Source of the DNA: Eledone cirrhosa
Taxonomy: Eukaryota
Length of the DNA stretch: 64,000 nucleotides
Direction of reading: 5' to 3'
Assembly (NCBI GenBank): GCA_964016885.1
Contig: OZ024749.1
Coordinates: forward strand, 13,392,001 to 13,456,000
Positions 15,143 through 29,400 of this stretch are shown one piece after another. How positions within the stretch are numbered: the first letter of the stretch is position 1; each line of letters begins with the position of its first letter. Under the pieces are notes generated by a model. The model was not told where the DNA came from. It did no database searches and saw only the letters and a list, made by a program, of their open reading frames with translations. A program made the position numbers and the translations under genes.

Positions 15143-15329
15143 GGCGGTGGATTGGCAGTATCGGTAGAGGGTCGGACGCCATGCTTTGCCTGAGTACGGC
15201 CCTTTATGGTCTGAGTTCAAATCCCACCGAGGTTAACTTTGCCGGTCAACCTTACGGGGGTCGATAAAATAAAGTACCAGTAATACACTGGGATAATTGC
15301 TGGCCTTGTGCCAATAGTAGAAACAATTA
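15143..15329 (+). mobile_element. tRNA-derived SINE (family A)
   Basis: Same A/B boxes and central domain; tail ggccttgtgccaatagtagaaacaatta. Confidence 0.85.
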
Positions 15330-15377
<48 letters not shown>

Positions 15378-16193
15378 TAATCCAGTTAGATGTTGTGAAT
15401 ACTTCGTATTGTGGATAGTTTTAGCGTACGGCTTTGTTTGACTCAACAAGAGGTTTCTTTAGGTAGCGAGATTGCGAGTTCTCGGGAATTCCTATGTAAG
15501 TTAATCTTGGAGTAATAATAGTGAAAGAGTGAAGAATAACATGGTCAACAGTACGAAAAGGGTTTTATTTACAGTATTAACAATTGTTTCATTGATTAAG
15601 TTATCTAAAAATTGCTAATCACTTGAAGTTGTGTCACTCAATTTTAAATACAATGTATGCTTAATCAAATCATCGGAAAAACTGATTAAAATTATACACG
15701 GCGTTTGTAATATACTAGGGAAATTCAAATCACAACATCAGTAAGAAGGAAAGAAAAAGAAAAAAAGAAAAAGAGAGAGAGAAAAAGAAAAATGAAGAAA
15801 AAAGAAAAGTGAAAAAATAAAAAAAAATAAGAAAAAAAAATAATAATAAATAAGTTAGAATGAAGATGATAAAAAATAAGTTTAAAAATGTATATGTGTG
15901 TGAAGAAAAGTGAACATAATATGACTGTTCAAAATAGTTGCGGTGGTGGTTAAAATATAAAGATGTGATGGTATAAACATGAAAATACTAAATATATACA
16001 TATATGTGTATTGGTTAAATTATATTATGAAGAAATAGTACAGTGTTAAATAAATGATAAATTAATAAATTGGAAGTTATGTTAGAAGTGAAGAGAATAC
16101 GATAGGATATAATGTAAGAGGTGAAATAGATTTAGGGAAAGAGAGTGAAAGAAAGAAAAGTTAGAAGGTTATGGTGTTGATTCAGTGATTAGT

Positions 16194-16261
<68 letters not shown>

Positions 16262-16400
16262 AATAATAATATTAGTAATAATAATAAATTTGAAGACTAA
16301 AATCCAAAGAGGGCTCGATAAGGATAAATATATATCAAATATATAAGAACCGTAGAGCAAATATTTATTAAAATAACAGATTAATCTGTTATTTTAATAA

Positions 16401-16432
<32 letters not shown>

Positions 16433-16508
16433 TCGGATCTAGCTGTCGAAACGGCTGGAGCTCAGCCGTCGGGGTCCTGAATCTTTTCATGTATATATAT
16501 ATATATAT

Positions 16509-16700
16509 GTTAGTTCAACAACAGTTAATAAATCATTTTCGAGGACACGCGTTTCACCTTGCGTATTTTCAACTCGAATGAATGGGTTATAGCCGAAAAA
16601 CGGAAGTTTATTAACTGTTGTGGAACTAACTTCTATTGAACTCGTCCCATGGACTGAGTGCTCTACTACTACGGATATAACCTCCCAGTGTTCTACCACA
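16509..16700. mobile_element. pLTR-like fragment with decayed HHR; relatives at 26300-26430, 48570-48620 and 49050-49150
   Basis: Shared blocks gtggaactaac and aactcgtcccatggactgagtgctc; minus-strand ttcgag-TTGAAAA...GAAAC-gcgt-GTC-ctcgaa at 16538-16578. Confidence 0.55.
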
Positions 16701-16936
16701 CAATATATATATATAACATTAAGAAAGACGCTGATGTTACATAAATCGTTTATTCGTAATAATTATTTCAACGGTTCTCTCATGCAGTCCAAGATGTAAT
16801 TCATGTATTTGTTGTTGTTATGAAAACGGTATCCTCAGATGAAAAATCCTATTTTGTGATATGCCGCAGGCATTTCAGAATGTAGAATGCTTTCTCCTTC
16901 TTGCTTCTGTTTTTACCAAAACAATCTCTTCTGAAC

Positions 16937-16975
<39 letters not shown>

Positions 16976-17161
16976 ATTGTTTCTACTTTTGGCTCAATGC
17001 CAGCAAATTACCCAGTACATTACTGGTACTTTATTTTATCGACCTCTGTATGGATGAAAGGCAAAGTTAATCTCGGCGGGATTTGAACTCAGATCGTAAA
17101 GGGACGTAACTATGCTGGAAAGCATATCCGACCCTCTACCGATACTGCCAATTCACCGCCC
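16976..17161 (-). mobile_element. tRNA-derived SINE (family A)
   Basis: Reverse complement of the 12451/18386 copies. Confidence 0.85.
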
Positions 17162-17292
17162 TTATATATATATAATGTGAGTGTGTGTGTGCATGTGTGC
17201 GTGTGTATTCCAATCTAAGGTTTTTTCATATGCCCCACATGGGTAAAAATATAGGAAAAAGAAGTTGAAAATGTAATTGGAGTCTTTACAAG

Positions 17293-17485
17293 CTATATAC
17301 TACTAAAAGTCTGTGATTGCTTGTTTGTCTGTAATGTAATACAGCCAAAAGGGAGCATAATAGGAATATACTCTGATAGAAAATTTCCCCTGAAATGGGA
17401 ATACAAATGGAATAAAACAAGTTTCGCGTAAATCGGAGCACGGGTTCCCGAGATATGGGGTTTTCCGTGTACCTTCATAAACAAA
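17293..17485 (+). mobile_element. Probable non-autonomous Helitron/Helentron-type fragment
   Basis: ctatatactactaaaagtctgtgattgcttgtttgtctgt start and aagtttcgcgtaaatcgg motif resemble such elements; no 3' end seen. Confidence 0.35.
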
Positions 17486-17723
17486 GAGGGAGAAAGAGGT
17501 AGTGGTTGTGACAGAATATATTGAAAGAGAGACATAGAGAGAAGGAGAGGAGACAGAGAAGGAGAATGGAAGAGAAAGAGGTGGTGGTGGTGCTGTGTAT
17601 ATATATATGTGTGTGTGAGTGTGTGTATATATATGTGTGTGTGTCTATGACCAGTGCATCTAGATCACATACACCCACATATATATATATATATACATAC
17701 ACACATACATAGGTATATATATT

Positions 17724-17756
<33 letters not shown>

Positions 17757-18385
17757 TTATATATATACATACGCACACGTATATATATATATATGGACCT
17801 TCAAGTTTCATTTGGCATTATATACATGTCTGTGTATATTTTAATTATTTAAAAATTATTTTTAAGTGAACATGATTTTTTTTTATATTTTGAAGTGAAT
17901 TTGACAGGTCACGGGTGGTCTTATAATTTTACCGGTTTCACAAGTTACGTGATTTTTTTAAAAGAGAGATGGATACTTTAATTAACTTTGTTTAACTTTA
18001 GTTAATTAAAACTATATTTGTATTAACGAGAGTGGTAAGCGTATTTACTTTTATTTTAATTAACTTTGATTAACTTTAGTTAATTAAAACTATATTTACA
18101 TCTAAGAGAGAGGTAAACACTCTTAAACATTATTTAACTAAACGAAACGGAACTTGATAATATCTCTAACCCGACTGCAAAATATTATATATGTGGTTTC
18201 CTGTGATACTGGTTGTGGGCAATGTTCTGAGGTCTTCGATTTTTAGCTCTAATTCTCTCAGAGAGCTATATAACCTGATTGTTTTTTTCGTTGCTTTGGT
18301 ATTATGAGGCTGGGCTTGCCTGCCGCAGTTTTCAATTTGTCAAGCTATCTAACGTATGTTATTACTCTAAGGTTATTACTTGAAG

Positions 18386-18574
18386 GGCGGTGGATTGGCA
18401 GTATCGGTAGAGGGTCGGACGCCATGCTTTCCAGCATAGTTACGTCCCTTTACGATCTGAGTTCAAATCCCGCCGAGGTTGACTTTGCCTTTCATCCTTA
18501 TGGGGTCGATAAAATAAAGTACCAGTAATGCACTGGGTAATTGCTGGCCTTGTGCCTAAAGTAGAAACAGTTAT
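18386..18574 (+). mobile_element. tRNA-derived SINE (family A) with TSD-like gttattactctaaggt on both sides
   Basis: Full head, body and tail; duplicated 16-mer at ~18358 and ~18570. Confidence 0.85.
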
Positions 18575-18680
18575 TACTCTAAGGTGACACAACCTTATCG
18601 AGTGCTTTGCTGCACATTCCTAATTGTATATCGTTAGCTTGGCCACAGGGAAAACTTCGATTTTACTAAACTTCCATTTG

Positions 18681-18711
<31 letters not shown>

Positions 18712-18907
18712 ATAGGGAGAAAAAGACGATTATTAGGAAATAAATAAATAAATAAATAAATGCCATTGTTAATTAATAAATAAATTAACTAATACCTTAA
18801 CACTCCACACAAAGTAAAATATTTTGTTTTAAACATTTTCTAACACCCAGAAAAAATAAAAGGAAAAAATATATTTTTCTTCCTAATAATCGTCTTTTTC
18901 TCCCTAT

Positions 18908-18965
<58 letters not shown>

Positions 18966-19255
18966 CAACTCGCGTGCTCCTTCACCACATTTTATAATTA
19001 TATATATATATATATATATTCTTCTTCTTCTTCGCCCACTTATTCTTCAGTTCCACATTTTACCAATCCAATACTGAATCAATGAAAGAAATATGTCGAC
19101 CGATGTTATAATCGAAAGAATGGTATCAATTCGTTTGTTGCTGCGGAAGTTTGTGAGTTTATTGACGTTTATATTTTATATTTATTGCATTCTGACTTCA
19201 AGTGTGGATTATATCGAGATGATGGGGTTAATATTACACATGAATACTCAACAGT

Positions 19256-19603
19256 TACTCTCGGGTCCCAAATAATAGGAGGGATTGGATTAAGCGGGGG
19301 AGTTGGGCATTTTCTTAAATTCTTATAAGTGGCGGTGGGGACGGTAATTGTATAGTGTACGTCCGTAAATATGTGATTTCTTGTAATGTTCTTTTTTTGT
19401 CATATATAATGTTTTTTTTTATGTAATATAAAATTATTATTAGTTTCTCCAACTGCTATATCGATGTGAATCACTTACAATAAAATTTCGCTGGAGGTAG
19501 ATTAGCAAAATTTAATAAGCGGAGGTTGGAATAAAAGCGGGAGGTAAGTGGAAAAAATCTGAAAAATTAATATGGAGTGGAGATTATTGAAGACCTCAGA
19601 GTA
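19256..19603. mobile_element. MITE-like element with imperfect TIRs and TA flanks
   Basis: tactctcgggtcccaaataat vs reverse complement of the right end tactctgaggtcttcaataat; internal aataagcgg-type subterminal repeats. Confidence 0.55.
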
Positions 19604-19711
19604 GATATTTTAGAAAAAATAAGATTTATATTTAACAATCATTGATGGTATAAATTTACAGTCAGTTTCTTCGATATCATCTTAAATTTAGAAATTATTG
19701 TATTTAAGATG

Positions 19712-19912
19712 CTGTAGAGTGTCGGACACCATGCTTCGCAACATAGAGTTACGTCTCTTTACGTTATGAGTTCAAATCACGCCGAGGTTAGCTTTGCCTT
19801 TCATCCTTGCGGGGTCGACAAAATAAAGCACCAGTAATGCTCTGGGGTCGATTTAATCAATTTTCCCCTCCCCTTCAAATTGCTGGCCTTGTGCCTAAAG
19901 TAGAAACAATTA
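19712..19912 (+). mobile_element. tRNA-derived SINE (family A), 5'-eroded
   Basis: gagttcaaatcacgccgagg...ttcatccttgcggggtcgac...gtagaaacaatta. Confidence 0.8.
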
Positions 19913-20034
19913 TATCATTAAATACAATCTATTTCGTTTACCTGTTAAATGTTTACCTGTAAACATACCGTGTTTCTTTATAAATACTAAATTTCTATAC
20001 ATATCTGTATACAGCTATACATGAAGCTAAATCC

Positions 20035-20177
<143 letters not shown>

Positions 20178-20293
20178 TAGTCCTGGCATTCGCGGAATTT
20201 TCCTTAGAACCTAACTAATAATTGTTTGTGGAAACCATTGCACATTCGCAGAATCGTAAATATCTTACGCGATATTTTATGGCTTTTTTTCGT

Positions 20294-20622
20294 GGCGGTG
20301 GATTGGCAGTAGCGGTAGAGGGTCGGACGCCATGCTTTGACGCATGGAGTTACGGCCCTTTATGGTCTGAGTTCAAATTCCGCCGAGGTTAACTTTGCCT
20401 TTCATCCTTACGGAGTCGATAAAATAAATTACCAGTAATGCACTGGGTAATTGCTGGCCTTGTGCCAAAAGTAGAAACAATTATATATATGAGGCCCTAT
20501 TTTATCTGAGTACAAATCCCACCGAGGTTAACTTTGCCTTTCATCCTTACGGGGTCGATAAAATAAAGTACCAGTAATACACTGGAATAATTGCTGGTCT
20601 TCTGCCAAAAGTAGAAACAATT
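20294..20622 (+). mobile_element. One full plus one partial tandem SINE (family A)
   Basis: Copies at 20294-20483 and 20506-20622. Confidence 0.85.
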
Positions 20623-20724
20623 ATATATATTTTTTTTAACGCTAAGTTATTAAGAACGATATACCGTATTTGCCGGCTTATTGGACGCTTCTTCGCATAA
20701 GACGCTCCTTTTTTTTATTTTATT

Positions 20725-20843
20725 TTACGTTATATTTTGACGTTGACAGGTATTTTTACGGACCACGTCCAATATTCGCGGTTTTTCATTCTTCGCGGGT
20801 GCTCTAGGAAAGTAACCCCCAACGAATACCGGGGGACTACTGT
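20725..20843 (-). mobile_element. Tigger/pogo-like TIR fragment; similar ends at ~20173 and ~20662
   Basis: Minus strand ta-cagtagtcccccggtattcgttgggggttac...ccgcgaa resembles Tc1/mariner-Tigger termini. Confidence 0.45.
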
Positions 20844-21160
20844 ATATACAGAGAGAGGGGATAGAATAATATACTGCAAGAACCGGATATATACAGTAAA
20901 TATAACAAATATGGGGATAAGCCAAAAATGTAGACAGATGAAAGCAAGGATGAGAGAAGAGGAAGAATGGCAGATAATGAAAGAAGAAAAGAGAAAAGTA
21001 AAACAAGAATAGAAGAGAAAATGGAGTAATGTTAGAGACTGAAAGACAGATAAGGAAGACATTAACAAATTGGTGAAATGGTGACAGCATCTTACTTCAG
21101 AGATAATAATATATGTGTGTATATATGTGTGTATATGTGTGTTATATGTCTGAATGTGTA

Positions 21161-21230
<70 letters not shown>

Positions 21231-21285
21231 AAGATTCAGACATATACACACATACTCACAAACACACATACACACACATATGTAC

Positions 21286-21322
<37 letters not shown>

Positions 21323-21685
21323 TACACTTTCATACAAATTAACGATGGGCGTTGTTTAAAGGGGTTTGGTAAGTTTCTGAAGATTCGTTTTTGTTTTTTT
21401 TTGTTTTTAGAAGATTTGGTCCACTTCATTTTTGGGTGTGAATCAACATTGTTAGAAATTTAGGGATATTTTTATAGACTTTGTTTTATGTGAAAATATA
21501 TAAATAAAGAGACAAAACGAGAGATACGGTGTTTAGAAATCAAAGCAAACTGGCTTTTCACAATTAATGCTTCATGCTACATGAATTTCTTCTTCAAACT
21601 AGAAATAAAATGTCGTATGAAGAATTTTACATGTCGATCGTCTGCTTTCTAGGAATTCAAAACAGAGACTTTCACTGCCCTCCTC

Positions 21686-21723
<38 letters not shown>

Positions 21724-21983
21724 CTCTATCTATTTATCTATGTATCTCTGCTCTACTTAATCCGAAGATTAAAGAAAACTATTATCAATGAATATATATA
21801 TATATATATAGAGAGATAGATATAGATATATATGTATACATATATATATATATATACAAATATATATATATACATACATATATATATACAAATATATATA
21901 TATACATATACATACATATATATAAACATACATATATATATATACATATATATACATAAACATGTATACATACATTCATATAT

Positions 21984-22042
<59 letters not shown>

Positions 22043-22084
22043 TATATCAATATATATAGATATAGGATGGATATATATATATAT

Positions 22085-22123
<39 letters not shown>

Positions 22124-22193
22124 CTTTATATATAGGAATATATATATGTATATATATATATACATATACTTTATATATAGGAATATATATATG

Positions 22194-22227
<34 letters not shown>

Positions 22228-22258
22228 CATATATTTTATATATATGAATATATACATG

Positions 22259-22294
<36 letters not shown>

Positions 22295-22350
22295 TATATA
22301 CATATACTTTATATATATGAATATATATATGTATATATATATATATATAA

Positions 22351-22381
<31 letters not shown>

Positions 22382-22443
22382 TATGCATACATATATATAT
22401 ACATATACATATGCATACATATATATATATATATATACATATG

Positions 22444-22493
<50 letters not shown>

Positions 22494-22699
22494 TATATAT
22501 ATATATATATATGCTTATATATATATATATATATATGCATACATATATATATATATACATATGCATACATATATATATATATATATACATATGCATACAT
22601 ATATATATATATACATACATATGCATACATATATATATATACATATGCATAAATATATATATATATATATATATATATGCATACATATATATATATATG

Positions 22700-22758
<59 letters not shown>

Positions 22759-22784
22759 GTACATATATATATATATATATACGT

Positions 22785-22844
<60 letters not shown>

Positions 22845-22846
22845 GT

Positions 22847-22881
<35 letters not shown>

Positions 22882-22915
22882 CGTACATATATATATATAC
22901 GTACATATATATATA

Positions 22916-22962
<47 letters not shown>

Positions 22963-23012
22963 ATACTTTGGGAGGGTCATGTTGCCAATCTTGCTAAACA
23001 AATTCAGAAACG

Positions 23013-23088
<76 letters not shown>

Positions 23089-23096
23089 ACGTACAT

Positions 23097-24797
23097 ATGG
23101 GTGAGATACTGCAGAAACAATACTGCTCTGTTTTCAGCAATCCTGATATGGCCGATCTGGGCTGTATCGGCGATGTTACTCCCCATTACACCTTATCGGA
23201 CATAACGTTTGGCGCCCCTGATGTCTTGGCGGCAATAAAGGAAATCAAGCATAATTCAGCAGTAGGTCCCGATAGGTTCCCTGCTTGTGTCTTGAAGGCG
23301 TGTCAACACCAACTTGCTTCTCCTCTTGCCAATCTGTGGCGGAACTCACTGGATGCTGGATATGTGCCAGAAAACCTTCTATCCCAGTCTGTTGTCCCAG
23401 TTTTCAAAAAGGGAAACAAATCCCTTGCCGTGAATTACCGTCCAATCTCACTCACCTCTCATATCATTAAGGTATTTGAGCGAGTGGTGAGATCGCGAAT
23501 GACCCACTTCCTTGAGAGTAACAATATGCTGAACTCCAACCAGCATGGATTCCGTAATGGAAGGGATTGCCTGACGCAACTACTGCATCACTTTGATGAC
23601 ATTTTGAGAGCCTTGGGAGAGGGTTCCAACACTGATGTTATCTACCTTGATTTCAGCAAGGCCTTTGACAGGGTTGATCATAACATTCTACTGAGAAAGC
23701 TGTCCAATATTGGTGTCACTGGAAAGCTGCTGCAGTGGATCAAGAGCTTCCTGTCAAACAGAACCCAACATGTTGTAGTTGAGGGAGTCAAATCAAGCCC
23801 AGCCAAAGTCAGTAGTGGAGTCCCACAAGGCACTGTGTTGGGCCCACTTCTCTTCATCATCTATATTAATGACATCACTGACATCATCAAACACAGCAAC
23901 ATTAAAATTTTCGCTGATGATTCCAAGCTCCAAAAGGTCATCAATGGCGTGGATGACCGGATAAGCCTTCAGTCAGACCTACTGGCTGTTACCCAATGGG
24001 CAGAAAAGAACAACATGTTACTGAACGAAGACAAATTCGAACTGATCCACTTTGGAAAAGAGGATGCTCTGAAACTCCCGTACTCCCTTCCCTCCGGGGA
24101 AACTCTCGTGGCATCTAACAACATCAGAGACTTGGGAGTAACCGTGGACAGCAACATAAGCTGGACCACGCATATAAGCAGCAAAGTTGACATTGCCCGC
24201 AGAATGTGTTCCTGGATCCTCAGAACCTTCCAGTCGAGAGATTCCCGCACCATTATCCTTCTCTTCTCTACTTTCGCCCGACCACACCTTGAATACTGTT
24301 GTCCACTGTGGTCTCCCCACACGAAACAAAGTATCATGAAACTTGAAGCTCCTCAAAGGGCAATCACGAAAAAGATAGATGGCATGTCAGACCTTGACTA
24401 CTGGGGTCGATTGGAAAACCTGAAACTTTACTCACTCCAACGTCGCCGTGAGCGTTATATTATCTGCATGATGTGGAAAATGTTCCATCATCACTGCCCA
24501 AATGATGTTGGCATCGCCTTCAAGATACACCCAAGGCTTGGGCCCCGTGCTATCCGTCCCATTCAAAAATCTAAATCGCAACTCATAACAACAATACGGC
24601 ACAATTATTTCACCTCAATCGGCCCTGCTCTCTTCAACATCACACCAGGACACGTCAAAACAGAAACTGACCACACAAAATTCAAGAAGTCTTTGGACAA
24701 ATTCCTCCAAGTAATCCCGGACAAACCACCCACACCCGGATATGTCTCCGCAAACAGTAATTCTCTTCTCGAATGGGCCATGGTGCCCAAATCCTGA
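23097..24797 (+). CDS. CR1-clade LINE ORF2 reverse transcriptase, 5'-truncated, uninterrupted
   Basis: [70 protein letters not shown] motifs. Confidence 0.93.
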   Translation: MGEILQKQYCSVFSNPDMADLGCIGDVTPHYTLSDITFGAPDVLAAIKEIKHNSAVGPDRFPACVLKACQHQLASPLANLWRNSLDAGYVPENLLSQSVVPVFKKGNKSLAVNYRPISLTSHIIKVFERVVRSRMTHFLESNNMLNSNQHGFRNGRDCLTQLLHHFDDILRALGEGSNTDVIYLDFSKAFDRVDHNILLRKLSNIGVTGKLLQWIKSFLSNRTQHVVVEGVKSSPAKVSSGVPQGTVLGPLLFIIYINDITDIIKHSNIKIFADDSKLQKVINGVDDRISLQSDLLAVTQWAEKNNMLLNEDKFELIHFGKEDALKLPYSLPSGETLVASNNIRDLGVTVDSNISWTTHISSKVDIARRMCSWILRTFQSRDSRTIILLFSTFARPHLEYCCPLWSPHTKQSIMKLEAPQRAITKKIDGMSDLDYWGRLENLKLYSLQRRRERYIICMMWKMFHHHCPNDVGIAFKIHPRLGPRAIRPIQKSKSQLITTIRHNYFTSIGPALFNITPGHVKTETDHTKFKKSLDKFLQVIPDKPPTPGYVSANSNSLLEWAMVPKS

Positions 24798-24886
24798 ATT
24801 GAAAGACTTCGCCAGGTGGTGCTATTAAGTTAGACATGGCCTGGGCCAATACTGGCCAAAACATTTCAAAGTTATTCAAAGTTATA
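23097..24886 (+). mobile_element. CR1-type LINE with 3' UTR hairpin and (ttcaaagtta)2 tail, inserted in (TA)n
   Basis: RT ORF; ggcca-atac-tggcc hairpin and short tandem tail after the stop. Confidence 0.88.
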
Positions 24887-24888
24887 TC

Positions 24889-24919
<31 letters not shown>

Positions 24920-24936
24920 TTATATATATATATATC

Positions 24937-25005
<69 letters not shown>

Positions 25006-25484
25006 ATATATATATCTATATATATATATATTTATATATATATATTTATATATATATATATTTATATATATATATATATACAGACACGCACATATATATA
25101 TATTTATATACGTATGTATGTATGTACGTGTGTGTGTGTGTGTGTATGTTTGTAAGAGAGGACTGCGTATTTATCAAATGTGTTAATATCAAGAAATGCT
25201 GACATAAAAGAAACAAAATGTTATAAAAGAAAGGACGAAGGAAATAAGATGGCGGCGGGAATATAGTTTGGTGAAGTAGGATGCTAGAACGAGGCTTTAA
25301 TTTGCAATTGGTTTTCATATGACACGAACTGCTTCAATAAAACAGAGTGGATAAACTAGTGACAGCGGATAAACGGTAGAATATGTATACACACACACAC
25401 ACACACACACACAGACACAGACACAGACACACACACACACACACATGTAATATATATATTATATGTGTAATATATATATATATG

Positions 25485-25529
<45 letters not shown>

Positions 25530-25553
25530 GATATAAATAATTATATCTATATA

Positions 25554-25612
<59 letters not shown>

Positions 25613-25641
25613 TATATATATATATATATATACAGACACAG

Positions 25642-25700
<59 letters not shown>

Positions 25701-25894
25701 AATATAGTTAATTGATTTAAGTAAAGATGGCAGCAACAGCAGAAGAGAGAATAAGGAAAAGTATTTACCATTAAGTCTGTGAGAAAATAAGATGGAGCAT
25801 TATCTTATTTAGTTTATAGAACTTCACATCTGGCAGGCTTGGACTATGTGGCTTTACGACTATGTATCTACGTGTGTCTATATGTTATATATAT

Positions 25895-25950
<56 letters not shown>

Positions 25951-25954
<4 letters not shown>

Positions 25955-26152
25955 CGAAGGAGTTGTGGTAAGGAACCAGATGGACCATAACGCACCAGAG
26001 TACTCAATATTTAGGGTAGTAGAGTGGGTAATAGGAGAAAGTATGACCCCGACGGCAGAGCTCAAGCCGTTTCGACGGCTATTTCTGGACGTCCAGAAAT
26101 AGCCGTCGAAACGGCTTGAGCTCTGCCGTAGGGGTCATACTTTCTCCTATAT
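25951..26152. mobile_element. Fold-back element (family F)
   Basis: Same arm as 13233; palindrome apex tggacgtcca. Confidence 0.8.
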
Positions 26153-26213
26153 CTATATATATATATGTGTGTGTGTGTGTTCGTGTATGTCTGCATGTAT
26201 ATATATATATATA

Positions 26214-26288
<75 letters not shown>

Positions 26289-26438
26289 ATAGATATATAT
26301 GAGGATCCGCTAAGGTGAAACAATTGTTCTCAGTATGGTGAACTAACTGTTGTGTAACCACTTCTACCTAACTCGTCCCATGGACTGAGTGCTCCACCAC
26401 TACGGATATTACCTTCCAGTGTTCTACCTCTCTCTCTT

Positions 26439-26521
<83 letters not shown>

Positions 26522-26719
26522 AGAGAGATTCTTTTGTTTTAATCTGTAACTCCTCGTACAGACACTTAGCGACGTAGTGACTGAGGACATTTCTTAGGAC
26601 ATTTTTTTAAAACCTGGCAAAAGCCTTCTTCTCTCCAAGCCTGAAGAGAGACAAGCAGACAGTGATAGAGATGAAGAGAGAAAGAGAAAGATTAGACCTC
26701 TGGACTGGACTGGGGTCTG

Positions 26720-26825
26720 CAGTACTGAAAGGTAAAGTTGACCTCGATAGGAGTTGAACTCAGTGTGCAGCGAATATCACAAACTATTTCACCCGACGTT
26801 CTAACGACTCGGCCAATTCGCCACC
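26720..26825 (-). mobile_element. Diverged SINE (family A)
   Basis: tgaaaggtaaagttgacctcg...ttgaactcag...gccaattcgccacc. Confidence 0.6.
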
Positions 26826-26843
26826 TCATCTCTCTCTCTCTCT

Positions 26844-26886
<43 letters not shown>

Positions 26887-27326
26887 ATATATATACTCTT
26901 TTACTCTTTTACCTGTTTCAGCCATCCGGCTGAGTATATATATATATATATATTTTTTTTTTTTCTCGTCTATGATTACACAGAACTTATGTTCACCGAA
27001 TTCACGGACTGGACTCCTTCTTCCTCCCGTTTGACCTGTGCGGAATTTCTTCCTTGCTCACATTTCAACTAGGTTTGATGGTCTTTATTCTCTCTTGTTC
27101 ACGATTTCAACGAACTTATATTCATGGAAATCTGGGACTTGACTCCTTCTTCCTCACTTTTCGTTGCATTACCATCTTTGATTGTTTACAGTCTCGCTCG
27201 TTCCCCTTATTTACGTGTTCCAACGACTTTCTTTAGCCGTTGATCGCACCAGCCGGAGGTATATGGTCTTTAAAGCGATGAAATACCAATGAAGGTTGGA
27301 AGATCACTGATGAAGGACTAACTTTA

Positions 27327-27389
<63 letters not shown>

Positions 27390-27394
<5 letters not shown>

Positions 27395-27570
27395 GGTAAG
27401 GAACCAGATGGACCATAACGCACCAGAGTACTCAATACTTAGGGTAGTAGAGTGGGTAATAGGAAAAATGTATGACCCACGGCAGATCTCAAGCCGTTTC
27501 GACGGCTAATTCAGAAATAGCCCTCGAAATGGCTTGAGCTCTGCCGCCGGGGTCTAACATTTTCCTATAT
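27390..27570. mobile_element. Fold-back element (family F)
   Basis: Same arm; palindrome apex ctaattcagaaatag. Confidence 0.8.
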
Positions 27571-28316
27571 ATATATCCCACTTCTCCGCCTCTCTCTCTT
27601 TCTTTTTCTCTCTCATACACACACACTATATATATATATATATATATAATTTATTTATATGTGAATGTATATGTGTTGGCGTGCATGTGTATGTATATGT
27701 GTGTGTGTGTATGTTTATTAGTGGTATTCGTGGTTGTCATGGCAATGCCAAATTCCAGCCAGACGCTGTTTTTCCTTAGTAACTGTACTAACAGCTGAAC
27801 ATATATCGCTCACACTTACACACAAGCACATAGATACATACTTCACACACATACACACATACATACACACATACACATACATTCATACACAAATACATAC
27901 ATATATACATACATATATTACATACGTACATACATACATTACATACATACTTACATACATACATGATGGCTGCCCTCTCGTTATCGAGTATAGCCATTGT
28001 ACGAGAAAAAAAAAATAATAACGACAATAATAATAACAACAATAATAATATATATATATACACACATACACACACACACACATAATTACATACATACATA
28101 CACTCACATAAACTTGCACCAAAATTTATTGACACATGCCCTTAAATACATGTTAACGTGCGCACGTATACACTGAAATACACTGAAATACATACACACA
28201 TACACACACACACACGCACACACACATACATACAGCTTTATAGACATCCATACGTATATGCGATACCTCAGCATTCAGATACACAAGATTGTAAATAAAT
28301 ATATAGATAGATATAG

Positions 28317-28570
28317 TTCTTTATTTGCCACAAGGGCGCACAAGAAAAGGGGACAAAACAAAAACACATGCCGGGGATTTTACATACAATCGTGTAAAAA
28401 TATTGAAACAAACAAATTAAACAATCGAAATCCCCAATAGGGGAGATAGGCCCATTCACTCGGGTTATTCTCGCCACTTTCACCCACCTTTCATAAAACT
28501 TGCTGGGGTACAGCACCTCTCTCTCCATCCTGATTCTTCTTCCAAAGTGGTATTTGAAAAAGAGAATCAG
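28317..28570 (-). mobile_element. 3' fragment of an L1/Tx1 LINE related to 60314-64000
   Basis: Encodes MEREVLYPSKFYERWVKVARITRVNGP, similar to the C-terminus of the 1144-aa ORF; shares the tttatttgccac..ggggacaaa 3' UTR. Confidence 0.85.
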
Positions 28571-29075
28571 TTGTTGATAGATAGATAGTTAAATAGATAG
28601 ATAGATAGACAAGCATTTGGATATACATATATATATATCCCCCTGCCTTGACCCTCTGCCACTTCTTGTTGCGCGCGCACCCCACATCTCCCCTCTTCCG
28701 AACAACCCAACTACGGATTACACACATTGGACATCGCTCCCACTAATAAACTCCATCACAAGGAAAATATCCGGCACCCCACCACACCCTCTACGGAACT
28801 ACCTTAGGAACTTACCCACGGACATTCACTCACAAAAAATTTTTTTCCCACACGCCACCACATCCACAATACGTATAAATACCACACACACGTGTGTACC
28901 CCCACATATTTACACACTCAGCCTCGGGAATCCTCTCCCCCTCCCCTCTGACTCCTCCCCCCTCCCCTCTGACTCCTCCCCATCCACACGCGCACGCACA
29001 CACCGACCTACACCCACACCACGCACCCACGTTTTCCTGAACATGGAACCTCGTTCTTCCCCCAACTCTCACATT

Positions 29076-29112
<37 letters not shown>

Positions 29113-29363
29113 ACACCTACACACACACACCACCTTCAGCCCTCCCCGCTCGGACACCCGCCTCCTTCTCCACACTCCACCCGCCACCCCCCACCCCTAC
29201 ACGCCCCACACCCTTCCACCACTTGTTTATCTTCATGTTTATTTTTATTTTTATTATTTTTTTATATTTATTTTTATTAGTACCCCTTCCCCCCCCCAAT
29301 CCCTTTTTTCTAAATGTCTCTCCCCCACTCCCCTACACACCATTGGAACTCTCTTCCTACACA

Positions 29364-29400
29364 CTTTTCGCCTGAAGAAGGGCTTATGCCCGAAACGTCA
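29364..29400 (+). ncRNA. Minimal hammerhead core, stem I disrupted
   Basis: CTGAAGA a gggc-ttat-gccc GAAAC GTC at 29372-29399. Confidence 0.6.

Noticed and set aside
25245-25795. YY1-like aagatggc motifs as a promoter
   Set aside because: Short motifs with no gene context
27300-27330. CTGATGA core
   Set aside because: Truncated by (TA)n; no GAAA half
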